Of a DNA stretch of 64,000 nt, positions 19,464-29,398 are shown one piece after another (the first letter of the stretch is position 1; each line of letters opens with the position of its first letter). Origin of the DNA: Salinivirgaceae bacterium. GTDB lineage: Bacteria > Bacteroidota > Bacteroidia > Bacteroidales > SZUA-534. The translations under genes were made by a program, and so were the position numbers. The DNA is taken from the NCBI GenBank assembly GCA_017557605.1, contig JAFYYJ010000117.1:9366-73365 (forward strand). Reading direction: 5' to 3'. The notes under the pieces were generated by a model, which was given only the letters and a program-made list of their open reading frames with translations, was not told the origin of the DNA and made no database searches.

Positions 19464-20438
19464 ATGTCTTTGTCCGATTTTTTAAAGGAATGGAACAACT
19501 CGGCTGACACCGTTCTGGTGCACACTTCAGGCTCAACGGGCGCGCCAAAAACGTTGCTTGTTGAGAAACGGCGGATGCTTGCCAGCGCTCGTATGACTTG
19601 CGACTTCCTGAATCTGCAAACTGGACAAACGGCTTTGCTCTGCATGTCGCTCGACTATATTGGCGCCAAAATGATGGTTGTCAGGGCGATAGAGCGCAAT
19701 TTGCGGCTGATTGAGGTTGAACCAACGGGGCATCCGCTTGCCAACATTTCCGATGCGATAGATTTTGCAGCAATGGTTCCATTACAGGTTTACAACTCAC
19801 TACAAGAGCCAGATGAGCGCAAAAAACTAATGAATATCAGGAACTTAATAATAGGCGGCGGAGCCATTGACAATAGTTTACAATCCGAACTGAACAATTT
19901 TCCCAATGCCGTCTGGTCAACCTACGGAATGACCGAGACGCTGTCGCACATTGCTCTGCGGCGCCTCAACGGGCCATTGGCAAGCGAGTGGTACACGCCG
20001 TTAGGCGGTGTCAGTGTTGGGCTTTCGGCCAACGGATGCCTGACGATTGACGCTCCTCACCTATCCGACTCTACACTGATAACCAATGATATAGCGGAAT
20101 TGAACAGCACAGGAGGGTTCCGCATTTTAGGCCGAGCCGACAACGTGATAAACAGCGGTGGCGTGAAAATTCAGATTGAAGAGGTTGAGCGCATGTTGCT
20201 CGACTACGGCATTGACAATGTGGCGGTTAGTTGTTGTTCCGATGAAAAATTCGGGCAGGTCGTGGTGTTTGTCACAACGCGCAACACCAACGACAAGGCG
20301 CTAAACAACGCCATTAGTCTTCTGCCAAAATACTGGCAACCCAAGCATATAGTCAAAGTTGACGCAATACCAATGGCTGGCAACGGTAAAATTGCACGGG
20401 GCGAGGTAAGGAGGATTGCAGAAAGGCTAAATGGTTGA
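19464..20438 (+). CDS. menE: o-succinylbenzoate-CoA ligase (short AMP-binding enzyme)
   Basis: 324 aa with the AMP-binding motif HTSGSTGAPK, plus YGMTET and GRADNVINSGGVKI. It is the last gene of the men cluster. Confidence 0.8.
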   Translation: MSLSDFLKEWNNSADTVLVHTSGSTGAPKTLLVEKRRMLASARMTCDFLNLQTGQTALLCMSLDYIGAKMMVVRAIERNLRLIEVEPTGHPLANISDAIDFAAMVPLQVYNSLQEPDERKKLMNIRNLIIGGGAIDNSLQSELNNFPNAVWSTYGMTETLSHIALRRLNGPLASEWYTPLGGVSVGLSANGCLTIDAPHLSDSTLITNDIAELNSTGGFRILGRADNVINSGGVKIQIEEVERMLLDYGIDNVAVSCCSDEKFGQVVVFVTTRNTNDKALNNAISLLPKYWQPKHIVKVDAIPMAGNGKIARGEVRRIAERLNG

Positions 20439-20473
20439 ATGCATAACACACGCTCTTAATTTCTAAAAACAAA

Positions 20474-20508
20474 CACCGCCGCAAACTGTTCTTAGGTTTG
20501 CGGCGGTG
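20474..20508. terminator. bidirectional intrinsic terminator hairpin between convergent menE and the large surface-protein gene
   Basis: Perfect 13-bp stem, caccgccgcaaac (20474-20486) with gtttgcggcggtg (20496-20508), and a 9-nt loop. Confidence 0.7.
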
Positions 20509-20574
20509 AGTGTTATTGATGGTATTGGTTAGAGGCTTGTCTTGCAAACAAAACTAATAGCCTATCAATCATTA

Positions 20575-23500
20575 TTAATCCACTTTTTTGATAACACACC
20601 AACCATCTTTTATCAATGAAACAACATCGTCTGTTGACTCAACGCATCCTTTTTCAACAGCATCACTCCACAAAATATCACCACGATACAAAGCCAAACC
20701 AAGCTCATCCTTATCGGAATAAGTTGTTCCATTAATCTCAACACTGCCATCTGGAATAATAACTTTATACCAATTATTGCTGTCAAAATTTTGAGTGTCG
20801 AATGTCCATGGACCTCTAGAAGTATTAAGGTACAGAGCATCGCTTCCAACATACTTCAAATTTGCCGACAAGATGACTTTATGGTCGGATGTTCCTGCAT
20901 CGCCCGAACCATAGAACGCATATTCTCTTATACACTCAACCTCATCACCCAAATCAATATAAGAAAGATTCTTGCATCCATAGAATGCCTTCTTACCAAT
21001 TGTTTTCACACCATCAAGAAATACTGAAAAGAGATAACTTCCTGTATTAGAAAAATTATAGTTGCCGATAAACTGATTTTCTGTAATTTCTACCACACCT
21101 GAACCTTCCATCTTAATGTATGCAAGTTGTGTGCTTGAATAATTATTTTCAATCATATGAATAGTGTTAGGTGCACCATCAACACCCTTTTCTACAAGAA
21201 TCAAGCCATCGGAAACAGCCAAATATTTGGTGTTCGTTTCCGCAGTTGCGAAATACGAAACTTTGGCACCATTGCTATTGGTAAACAAATTCTTAACACT
21301 GCCCGTGTAGTTTCCTATGTTTAAAGTGTTGATTGTGGTTTTATTTAGGTTATCAGAAGAATAGAATACATCATTTGCTATATCTATATCGCTATTCGTT
21401 CCTAAATTCAAAATTAGAATACGGGCTTTGCCAAATGCCTGACTTCCAATTTCTTCGATATTAGGCAATGACAAACTATCAATGCCATAGTAAAGGTTAT
21501 TGTAGAAAGCTGACTCGCCAATTTCTGTAATATTGTCAGTATTCAAAACTGTTATAGCTCCGCAACCAGAGAATGCGTATGCTCCAATTTTTGTGGTGGA
21601 ATTAGATAGCTTTATAGTCCAATTTTTACATTCAGTATGTGCAAACGCTGCCTCTGCCACCTCTGTAACCCATGGACCACTGCAAGCCGAGAAATCCAAC
21701 TCTGCTTCTGTGTTATAGTCAAAAGTGTAATCTGAAATGCAATCGTTGATACAGTTCTTCACCACCTCATAAAGATTAACATCTGCAATGTTGTTGGTAC
21801 CTTCGAATTTTAACCTGATTTTTTCAACGCCGAAACTTTTGAATGCTTCGGTTATATCATCACCAAGCTCATCAGCCGTGAAATATTCTGCCAAATTCAA
21901 AACAACCGGGTCCATTAGTGTTACTTCAAACGGAATGCTTTCGCATACAGGTTTGCCACCCTCTGTTATTTCGACTTTGTATGAGCCTTCTGTCAAATTA
22001 TACGCAGTTATTGTTACCATTCTTTCATTTAGCGACTTATTAAAAAACCATTGTCCGTCACCATCATCGGTATATTGCTCTTCCCATATACCATAATTCT
22101 GACGGTAAACAGTTATTTTCAAATCGTTGATGTCATCAGCATAATCTTTTATTTCAAAGCCAAAACTTCCACTATGCGGATGGATACTAATCGCATCCTG
22201 AAGCATTTCTATATTGGGCTTTTGACCAATACCTCTGTCTTTGTTAGTAACAAGGCGGACAGAGTAACCATAGTAACGTGAGTTATCACTAGTATAGAAG
22301 CCCCCACTATAGAATTTCAAATAATTCGCATAGCTACTCCAGTTGGCTGATGCCGACCAATAATAACCATAAGAATCTGCATTATCGATTGAGGTATTAT
22401 AACGGTAACCTGCCGCAGGAAGGAACACTGCACCAGCAGCTTCCATTTGTTCCCATTCTTCAGCGGTGTAGATGTTTGTTTCAAAGCCACTACCGGTTCC
22501 AGAAATAAAATCATCAATATCATCGGGTGTTTCCCATTCATCTGGCAACAAAACCAGACCATTTATATCATCCACCTGTGCCAATCCACACAAGTCGCCA
22601 TCCTCTCGGTCCAACAGGTACTCCCACTGATTGTTAGAGAGTGTGCGCCACAAACCAATCTGCTTTCCGCCATTTTCTATAGCGTTGTACCTTCCCCAGT
22701 CGTAGTTTGTTTTTATTATGTCATCTTCATTATTACCATAGCTATACGAATCATCGTCGGTCATATATGGATATTTCTCGTCATAGCCGCTTGTGCCCCA
22801 ACCAAACAAATCAATCCAGCCATCATAATCTTTACTAACCAAATTGTTTCCATAAGCCGTTTCTGAGTTTGGACTTGACTCACCGCCGATATAGTCATAC
22901 TGATTCTCGGCGAACTGCCATTTGTCAGTGCTGGCATTGTATTGCAGATTGCCTTTACTGAAATAAACTTTAACACCATCGGCAACAGAGAACTCTCCGT
23001 TGATAGCGCCTTGCGGCAATGTTGAGTTGGAAGTGGTGAAATAGGCTACCATTTCCATATCATTATCAACAACTATGTCACGATTTGATTCGTTACTGTC
23101 GCTCCAGCCATTGAATCTTTCTCCAGCGGCAGGACTGACTCTGGCATGCAGAATTGTGCCAGCCTTATAAACGCCGCTCGATATACCTGTAACTCTATCA
23201 TTCACAGCGTCAACAATCTCGCCATCCACTGCTATTTTTACTGTTACATGGTAAGAGTTTGCCACAGGCCTAATAGGGAGTCCATAATAAACGTATATTT
23301 CATCATCAAGGAGTTCTTTATAAAATCCATCATCCGATGCAAAATACGCGACCCAACCATATCCGTTTGAAGCATCAGCCAAATTGCGGCACCAATAGTA
23401 GGCGAAATTCTGACTGTATAATTCGTCTTCATAATAATAACCAGTTACAGGCAATGTTATGCTGTTGTTGTTGATACGACTGGTTACAGTAGCTAAATTA

Positions 23501-23985
23501 CCATTGATTGTCCAATCACATTCATCAAACAGTTCCTCCCATTCTTTTTTGGTGGGCACACGGTAGTTGTCGCCCAAATTGATTGTTGCGGCATCTTTGA
23601 AATTTGATTCCTTAATATTGTATGGATACGTTACGTAATCATCATAGCCATAACTATCTTTAATTCCGGTTTCGCCCCAAGAATAATAATTACCTATTTG
23701 GCCTTCACTCGCACCAATGTTATGGGTTGCCCATTTCACGCTAAGGCCAAGGTCAACCAAATCGTCGGCATCAATCCCCTGATTATTAGTAGTGGTATCC
23801 GGATACATTTCCAAAATCTCGCCTGAAGCTGTTTGAAACTCACCTGACACGTATGCGTTTATGTTAATCAACGTACTATCTCTATTAATATACAATAAAT
23901 CTTCATTTTGAATTGCATCAACTATAGCAAAATTTGAGCTGCCACTTGTCTTGTCATTTATATAAGCGGGTGCTATCTTCTTCAA
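20575..23985 (-). CDS. large surface protein, C-terminal part: two FISUMP/DUF1566-like modules, an Ig-like repeat and BspA-type leucine-rich repeats. Probably the downstream piece of a frameshifted gene.
   Basis: 1136-aa ORF whose only start is a TTG inside the upstream ORF. Its N-terminus (INDKTSGSSNFAIVDAIQNEDLLYINRDSTLININAYVSGEFQTASGE) is collinear with an internal segment of the intact paralog at 32975-36922. Recognisable motifs include LGLSVKWATHNIG...YYSWGE...RVPTKKEWEEL...YYW...IRPV and LRR_5-like AFSGC...ITEIGESAF repeats. Confidence 0.7.
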   Translation of the reverse strand: MKKIAPAYINDKTSGSSNFAIVDAIQNEDLLYINRDSTLININAYVSGEFQTASGEILEMYPDTTTNNQGIDADDLVDLGLSVKWATHNIGASEGQIGNYYSWGETGIKDSYGYDDYVTYPYNIKESNFKDAATINLGDNYRVPTKKEWEELFDECDWTINGNLATVTSRINNNSITLPVTGYYYEDELYSQNFAYYWCRNLADASNGYGWVAYFASDDGFYKELLDDEIYVYYGLPIRPVANSYHVTVKIAVDGEIVDAVNDRVTGISSGVYKAGTILHARVSPAAGERFNGWSDSNESNRDIVVDNDMEMVAYFTTSNSTLPQGAINGEFSVADGVKVYFSKGNLQYNASTDKWQFAENQYDYIGGESSPNSETAYGNNLVSKDYDGWIDLFGWGTSGYDEKYPYMTDDDSYSYGNNEDDIIKTNYDWGRYNAIENGGKQIGLWRTLSNNQWEYLLDREDGDLCGLAQVDDINGLVLLPDEWETPDDIDDFISGTGSGFETNIYTAEEWEQMEAAGAVFLPAAGYRYNTSIDNADSYGYYWSASANWSSYANYLKFYSGGFYTSDNSRYYGYSVRLVTNKDRGIGQKPNIEMLQDAISIHPHSGSFGFEIKDYADDINDLKITVYRQNYGIWEEQYTDDGDGQWFFNKSLNERMVTITAYNLTEGSYKVEITEGGKPVCESIPFEVTLMDPVVLNLAEYFTADELGDDITEAFKSFGVEKIRLKFEGTNNIADVNLYEVVKNCINDCISDYTFDYNTEAELDFSACSGPWVTEVAEAAFAHTECKNWTIKLSNSTTKIGAYAFSGCGAITVLNTDNITEIGESAFYNNLYYGIDSLSLPNIEEIGSQAFGKARILILNLGTNSDIDIANDVFYSSDNLNKTTINTLNIGNYTGSVKNLFTNSNGAKVSYFATAETNTKYLAVSDGLILVEKGVDGAPNTIHMIENNYSSTQLAYIKMEGSGVVEITENQFIGNYNFSNTGSYLFSVFLDGVKTIGKKAFYGCKNLSYIDLGDEVECIREYAFYGSGDAGTSDHKVILSANLKYVGSDALYLNTSRGPWTFDTQNFDSNNWYKVIIPDGSVEINGTTYSDKDELGLALYRGDILWSDAVEKGCVESTDDVVSLIKDGWCVIKKVD

Positions 23986-25402
23986 TAGTCAGATATTTAT
24001 CAAGATAGTTATCACCTTTCCCCGAGCGTCCGGCCACGGCAAACTTGGCTTTGGCGGCCTTGCCGTTTTCGCTGTCATCATCAATATAAACCAACGAACC
24101 GAACCTGTCGATAATGAAATATGGCTCGGGCTCGGTTTTTCCACGGCGTACGCTTGCCACGGCGAATGTGCTTTTGGCAGCTTTATCGCTTTCGTTTTCA
24201 TCCAAATCGATATAGAATGTCGCCTGGTCACCGTCGACATTCAGCACATCGTCGTCGCCCTTACCCGAGCGACCAGCCACAGCAAATTTGGCTTTGGCAG
24301 CCTTGTCTGTTGTATTGAAATCGACATAGACTGTTGAGCCGTCACCATCAATAGTGAACATGTTCTCTTCGCTCTTGTTGCGGCGTATGCTTGACACGGC
24401 AAATTTAGCTTTGGCGGCTTTTCCGCTTTGATTATCATCAACATAGATTGTCGCGCCTTGACCGTCAACAGTCATTAGGTTTTCCTCGCCTTTGTTGCGG
24501 CGTATGCTTGACACGGCAAATTTGGCTTTGGCGGCTTTTTCGCTTTGGTTATCATCAACATAGATTGTCGCACCTTGACCGTCAACAGTCATCAGGTTTT
24601 CATCGCCCTTGTTGCGGCGTATGCTTGACACGGCAAATTTGGCTTTGGCGGCTTTTCCGCTTTGGTTATCATCAACATAGATTGTCGCGCCTTGATTGTC
24701 AATGGTCAACAGATTTTCATCGCCCTTATTGCGACGTATGCTTGACACGGCAAATTTGGCTTTGGCGGCTTTATCATTTTGGTTATCGTCATCTTCAACA
24801 TAGATTGTCGCACCTTGGTTGTCAACAGTAAGCAAGTCTTCCTCTCCTTTGTTGCGACGTATGCTTGACACGGCGAACTTCGCTTTTGCGGCCTTCGAGT
24901 CATCGTCATAATCTACAAAAACCTTAACGCCCGTCTCATAAACAGCAAACAGCATGTTGCCATCGTTGTCCTTGATTTGGAAGATAGGCTCGTCAGTAGC
25001 CTCTTTAGGCTGAATGACAGTGGTTGTGCGTGGAGTGTACATGGTGTATGGCACCGGTTGAATCTGCAGCGCACCCATGTTGGTATAGGTGGAGCCGTCG
25101 GTGCTCACCTCAACTTGCATCATTACCCGCATTGTCTCCCACGGGATGGCAGTAAAGCTGCCTTGCAGACCTGTTCCTTCGCCAACATTGACATTGACAT
25201 TGCCATAGGCGTTGGTGGTTGTCTGGTGCACTTCTTTGTAATAGACACTGTCGGCCAGCATCACACTTAACCGCAGACTCACGGTTTTGTTTTCGAGCAC
25301 TTTGCCATCGTCGCGGATAACAGCTTGATAGCTAAACGAATTCTGTGCAACAGCCGTTGCAACTGCCAACAGCGCAACAAAACCCAACAATAATTTTTTC
25401 AT
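23954..25402 (-). CDS. large surface protein, N-terminal part: signal peptide, conserved N-domain and eight KAAKAKFAV-type repeats. Probably the upstream piece of a frameshifted gene.
   Basis: 482 aa. Signal peptide MKKLLLGFVALLAVATAVAQ. An N-domain (NSFSYQAVIRDDG...IPWETMRVMMQVEVSTDG...IQPVPYT) is shared with the 32975 gene. Eight repeats are built on KAAKAKFAV(S/A)(S/G)(I/R)(R/S). The ORF overlaps the next ORF by 32 nt in another frame. Confidence 0.75.
   Translation of the reverse strand: MKKLLLGFVALLAVATAVAQNSFSYQAVIRDDGKVLENKTVSLRLSVMLADSVYYKEVHQTTTNAYGNVNVNVGEGTGLQGSFTAIPWETMRVMMQVEVSTDGSTYTNMGALQIQPVPYTMYTPRTTTVIQPKEATDEPIFQIKDNDGNMLFAVYETGVKVFVDYDDDSKAAKAKFAVSSIRRNKGEEDLLTVDNQGATIYVEDDDNQNDKAAKAKFAVSSIRRNKGDENLLTIDNQGATIYVDDNQSGKAAKAKFAVSSIRRNKGDENLMTVDGQGATIYVDDNQSEKAAKAKFAVSSIRRNKGEENLMTVDGQGATIYVDDNQSGKAAKAKFAVSSIRRNKSEENMFTIDGDGSTVYVDFNTTDKAAKAKFAVAGRSGKGDDDVLNVDGDQATFYIDLDENESDKAAKSTFAVASVRRGKTEPEPYFIIDRFGSLVYIDDDSENGKAAKAKFAVAGRSGKGDNYLDKYLTIEEDSTRLYK
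24377..24850 (-). repeat. in-frame tandem repeat of four near-identical units (117, 117, 117 and 123 nt), flanked by more diverged copies from about 23990 to 24900
   Basis: The word gttgcg(g/a)cgtatgcttgacacggc(a/g)aa recurs at 24377, 24494, 24611 and 24851, with the variant attgcgacgtatgcttgacacggcaaa at 24728. Units 24494 and 24611 are almost identical over their first about 75 nt. Confidence 0.9.
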
Positions 25403-25582
25403 ATCAAAATTATATTAACTTATTGAACATAAAATATTTGCCATACGATTTCAGCTCATAAGGCATGGGGTAATAGGCCACAAACTTATAAAATAAAGCT
25501 GAATGGCGAGTGCGAATAATTGATTGGATTTAGGATTTTATCAAGAAAGCGAACCGGACAACAGATAAGTTCTTTTATGCCA

Positions 25583-26497
25583 TCAAAACACATTGAAATT
25601 GATACGCATTTTGGCGCGAATCTGCTCACAGGCTATGTGAGTGCGGATTTCATTTTCGATGCTGTTGCCAATGCTGCCGCCCTCCATAATCGACGAATAG
25701 AAAGCGTTCAATTGCCGCACTTTGCTTGTGGCATCGGTGCTGCTACCGGTCCACAGTGCTGGTTGGTCGGTGTTGGTGCTGCATATACTTGTTATGGTCG
25801 ATTTAAGCATGTCGGCCATTGCCATATTATTGTAGTTAAGCACTTTAATACTGTGCGACGATGCCATTCCGTATTTGTCGATGATAATGTTGCCAATGGT
25901 TCCGTTGTCAAAATCGAGGCGAACGCGCAACGCATCAGGCAGGGTGCTGAAACTTGAAAACACATTAACGGCTACACGGTGGATGTCGGAATGCAGAAGT
26001 GTGAGCATCAGGCTTATCTCATTGTGCGCCAGCAACATCAAATTATCGTTGCTTGTGCGCGAAATGTTGCATTGTATGTCGAGCGGTTGCCGGCAGTGTT
26101 CACGTAGCTGTTGATAAACATCGGAATAGATGAACGGATGCCCGACAAGTATTGTGGTGTCGGCCTCGTCGCGCAGACGCATCAACGAGCGCAACTCATC
26201 GGCGGTAAAATTGTAAGTGCCGTCGAGATAGACATCAAGCGAGTGACGCACAGCCTCCGCCACAAGCGGCATGTATAGGTTGTCGTCGATGGAGAAAACC
26301 ACAGCCTGACAGTTGTCACACAAGTCGGTAAACGACTGGAAAACATTGTATTCACTACACTGGTGGCGGTCAAACAGAAGGCTGGGGTCGTAGATGCCGC
26401 AGAAGTCGAAAGCGGGTGTCTGCGCCAGAGTTTTCATATAGACATCGGCGTTGCGTAAACCTACTATTCCAATCTTCAGCATATTATTGATAAGCAT
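25583..26497 (-). CDS. Gfo/Idh/MocA-like oxidoreductase family protein (divergent, function unknown)
   Basis: 304 aa. The N-terminus MLKIGIVGLRNADVYMKTL...FCGIYDPS resembles the Rossmann start of Gfo/Idh/MocA proteins, but the glycine motif is degenerate. The start could be 26482. Confidence 0.5.
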   Translation of the reverse strand: MLINNMLKIGIVGLRNADVYMKTLAQTPAFDFCGIYDPSLLFDRHQCSEYNVFQSFTDLCDNCQAVVFSIDDNLYMPLVAEAVRHSLDVYLDGTYNFTADELRSLMRLRDEADTTILVGHPFIYSDVYQQLREHCRQPLDIQCNISRTSNDNLMLLAHNEISLMLTLLHSDIHRVAVNVFSSFSTLPDALRVRLDFDNGTIGNIIIDKYGMASSHSIKVLNYNNMAMADMLKSTITSICSTNTDQPALWTGSSTDATSKVRQLNAFYSSIMEGGSIGNSIENEIRTHIACEQIRAKMRINFNVF

Positions 26498-26566
26498 TTA
26501 CGCAAATCTATACCTAAAAAATCCAGACGTACGGGCGTTTACGCGTTTGTTATCAACGCAACAATG

Positions 26567-26860
26567 TTAATAAGGAGCCTGATTTTGAGGCTCTGCGAGG
26601 GTGTCGGTTTGGGCTTTTTTCTTCCACCAATGCCGAGGCGGAACGGGGTCGTATCCATGACCGCCCCAAGGATTGCAGCGCACTATCCGCCGCAGCGTCA
26701 GCCATAGGCCTATTATCGGGCCATGCACGCGCAGCGCCTCTATCGCATAAGCCGAGCAAGTAGGCGTAAACCGACAGCTGTTGGGCAACAATGGCGAAAT
26801 TAACAGTTGGTAGAGCCTGATAGGTATTGTCAACAATATGACGAAAAATCTGCCAATCAT
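26567..26860 (-). CDS. yidD: membrane protein insertion efficiency factor YidD
   Basis: 97 aa containing [31 protein letters not shown]...[18 protein letters not shown], the conserved YidD core. Confidence 0.9.
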   Translation of the reverse strand: MIGRFFVILLTIPIRLYQLLISPLLPNSCRFTPTCSAYAIEALRVHGPIIGLWLTLRRIVRCNPWGGHGYDPVPPRHWWKKKAQTDTLAEPQNQAPY

Positions 26861-27020
26861 GACACAAAAGTAGTTTTAAGTTCTGAGTTATAAGTGATAA
26901 GTTAAATGTTTAACAAGTTGAGACCTTACACTTTTTAATCATGGTCATCGTTATTTGATTTAGTTTAAGTTTTCTGTTTTACGTTTACGTTTTTATCTTT
27001 ACCACCTCAACAAAACCGAT

Positions 27021-29291
27021 ATGTCACGATTCCGTTTTCTTAGTCTGATTCTGACAATGCTAAGTGTCAATGCCATGGCGCAGCTGTCGGCCAACTCGTG
27101 GCGCGACCACCTCAGCTATCGCGACGGGCGCATAGTGGCTGTGAGCGACTCAAAGGTTTACTGCGCCACCGACCTCAGCCTCTTCTATCTCGACAAAGAC
27201 GACCACTCGCTCAACCACCTGTCGCCCATTGAAGGAATGACTGAAACGGGTGCTGGTTACATTGCCTATTGCGACAAGCTGCACTTGCTTGTGGTGGCCT
27301 ACAACAGCGGCAACATCGACCTTGTGTACGACAACGGCAAGATTATCAACTTGTCTGGACTTAAAGACGCACAGTTCACTACCGACAAACGGACAAACCA
27401 CATCTGCATCGACGGGCACATGGCGTATCTGTCATGTAACTTCGGCATAACGGCTGTCAATCTTGAAAAACGTGAGTTTGCCGACACATACATTCTTGGC
27501 AAAGGCGGCAACCTGTTAAAAATAAACTGCACAGCGGTTTGCGGCGACTATCTTTACGCCTTCACCAATTCAGGACTGATGCGCGGCCGGCTCGACAATC
27601 CGTTCCTCAGCGACCTGAAAAACTGGGAGCTGGTGCCGGGAAGCGACCTCACACATTTCTACAACACAGGTTGCGTATTCAACGGCCAGCTGATTGTGGG
27701 CGAGCGTTTCGCCAATGACTCAACATCGCGTGTGTCAGTTTTCGATGGTGAAAAGATGACTGTGCTGTGGGACAGCCTGCCTATGCTGAAATCGCTGACA
27801 AGCCGCGGAGACTACCTTGTGCGAACCACATACGCCGACATCGACTTGTTCGATACCAAAATGCAAAGCCGAAGCCATTACAGTGACGTTCTGATACAAA
27901 TGGGCATAGCCGACGGCGCGGATAGAATATGGTTCGCTCACTCGTATGACGGACTTGCCTGCATCAACAAAGGACAACACGATTATTACACTCCATTGGG
28001 ACCAGCACGTAACCGTTTCTTCAAGATAAGCTACAACGCCGGCGACATTCTTCTGGCACCCGGTGGAAAAAAAGATATTGGCACAGGCGAGAACAAATGG
28101 CTACCAGCCAACATTTACCGATTTACAGACGGACAATGGACCAGCATCAGCTATTCGGAATATCCTGAAATAGCCAAATGCTTTGATGTGTGCGATTTTA
28201 TCACGCACGGCAACCGCAATCATTTTCTTGCGTCGTCTTGGTTTTCAGGACTGATTGAGTACAACAACGGCACCTACCGCTACATCGACACCACAACGGC
28301 TGGCGTCAACATCTACCGCGTGAGTTCAGGCTGCTACGACTCAAAAGGCAACCTTTGGGTTAACTGTTCACACACAAGCAATTACATAGCCGTCCGCAAA
28401 CCCGACGGTCAATGGTTCAGCTACGCCTACGACCCAAAACTGTCGAACGAGAACCTGGGCAAGATGCTGCGCACCTACAAAGGCGACTTCTGGATAACAA
28501 CACCCAAGGGCACCGGCATCCTTGTCTTCAACACAAACGACACCCCCGAAACCAAAGCTGACGACAACTACACTTATTTTATGCCGACCGACGAGAACGG
28601 AAACGCCTTCAACGCCTACATCAACGATATTGTGGAGGACAACAACGGTCAGCTGTGGGTAGCTTCCGACGAAGGCGTTTATGTGTTCGACCACCCCGAA
28701 CAGGCTCTTGACGGCGAGACAGACGCACGCCGTCCGCAGATGATTGTCGAGGGTTTCTACCAGCCGTTACTCTCAACCGAGCGCGTGACATCAATTGTAA
28801 TTGACGGCGGCAACCGCAAATGGTTCGGCACCGATGGCGGCGGCATCTTCCTTATATCGCCCGATGGCACCAAGCAATTAGCCGAGTACAACACCTCCAA
28901 TTCACCGCTTTTCTCAAACAATGTGCAGTCGATGACACTAGACTATGACAAAGGCATTCTTTACATAATAACTGACATGGGATTGCAGTCGGCCATGATA
29001 TCATCATCAATACCAAAATCAACGTTTTCTGATATTTACGCCTACCCCAACCCTGTTGAACCCGACTATCAGGGCGATGTGCATATACACGGCCTGATGA
29101 ACAATACCACTGTGCGCATAACCGACCTTTACGGCAATCTGGTGTTTGAAACGATGAGCAACGGCGGCGGCGCAACCTGGAACCTGCGCAATATGAGCAA
29201 TCGTCCGGTGGTTACAGGTATCTACCTGATACACTGCGTAACCAAAAATGGTGAAAACCGCGAGGCTGGGACAATTCATGTAGTAAGATAA
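27021..29291 (+). CDS. beta-propeller protein with T9SS C-terminal sorting domain (PorZ-like)
   Basis: 756 aa. Signal peptide LSLILTMLSVNAMAQ, then two-component-regulator-propeller-like repeats. The C-terminal about 85 aa (YAYPNPVEPD...VRITDLYGNLVFE...TGIYLIHCVTKNG) fits a T9SS CTD. Size and architecture match PorZ. Confidence 0.7.
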   Translation: MSRFRFLSLILTMLSVNAMAQLSANSWRDHLSYRDGRIVAVSDSKVYCATDLSLFYLDKDDHSLNHLSPIEGMTETGAGYIAYCDKLHLLVVAYNSGNIDLVYDNGKIINLSGLKDAQFTTDKRTNHICIDGHMAYLSCNFGITAVNLEKREFADTYILGKGGNLLKINCTAVCGDYLYAFTNSGLMRGRLDNPFLSDLKNWELVPGSDLTHFYNTGCVFNGQLIVGERFANDSTSRVSVFDGEKMTVLWDSLPMLKSLTSRGDYLVRTTYADIDLFDTKMQSRSHYSDVLIQMGIADGADRIWFAHSYDGLACINKGQHDYYTPLGPARNRFFKISYNAGDILLAPGGKKDIGTGENKWLPANIYRFTDGQWTSISYSEYPEIAKCFDVCDFITHGNRNHFLASSWFSGLIEYNNGTYRYIDTTTAGVNIYRVSSGCYDSKGNLWVNCSHTSNYIAVRKPDGQWFSYAYDPKLSNENLGKMLRTYKGDFWITTPKGTGILVFNTNDTPETKADDNYTYFMPTDENGNAFNAYINDIVEDNNGQLWVASDEGVYVFDHPEQALDGETDARRPQMIVEGFYQPLLSTERVTSIVIDGGNRKWFGTDGGGIFLISPDGTKQLAEYNTSNSPLFSNNVQSMTLDYDKGILYIITDMGLQSAMISSSIPKSTFSDIYAYPNPVEPDYQGDVHIHGLMNNTTVRITDLYGNLVFETMSNGGGATWNLRNMSNRPVVTGIYLIHCVTKNGENREAGTIHVVR

Positions 29292-29398
29292 GTGAGTAGA
29301 GTGTTAAGTTTAGAGTTTAATGTTTTAAAAGATGCGGCATTGCCTTGTCAGCAAACCGTTCAGTCGTAATTCTAAATTCGTAATTCATAATTCAAAAG

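Noticed and set aside
24377-24850. The regularly spaced 117-nt repeats could be mistaken for a CRISPR-like array.
   Set aside because: The units abut without unique spacers. They are in frame within a long ORF, encode a coherent 39-aa protein repeat, and no cas genes are present.
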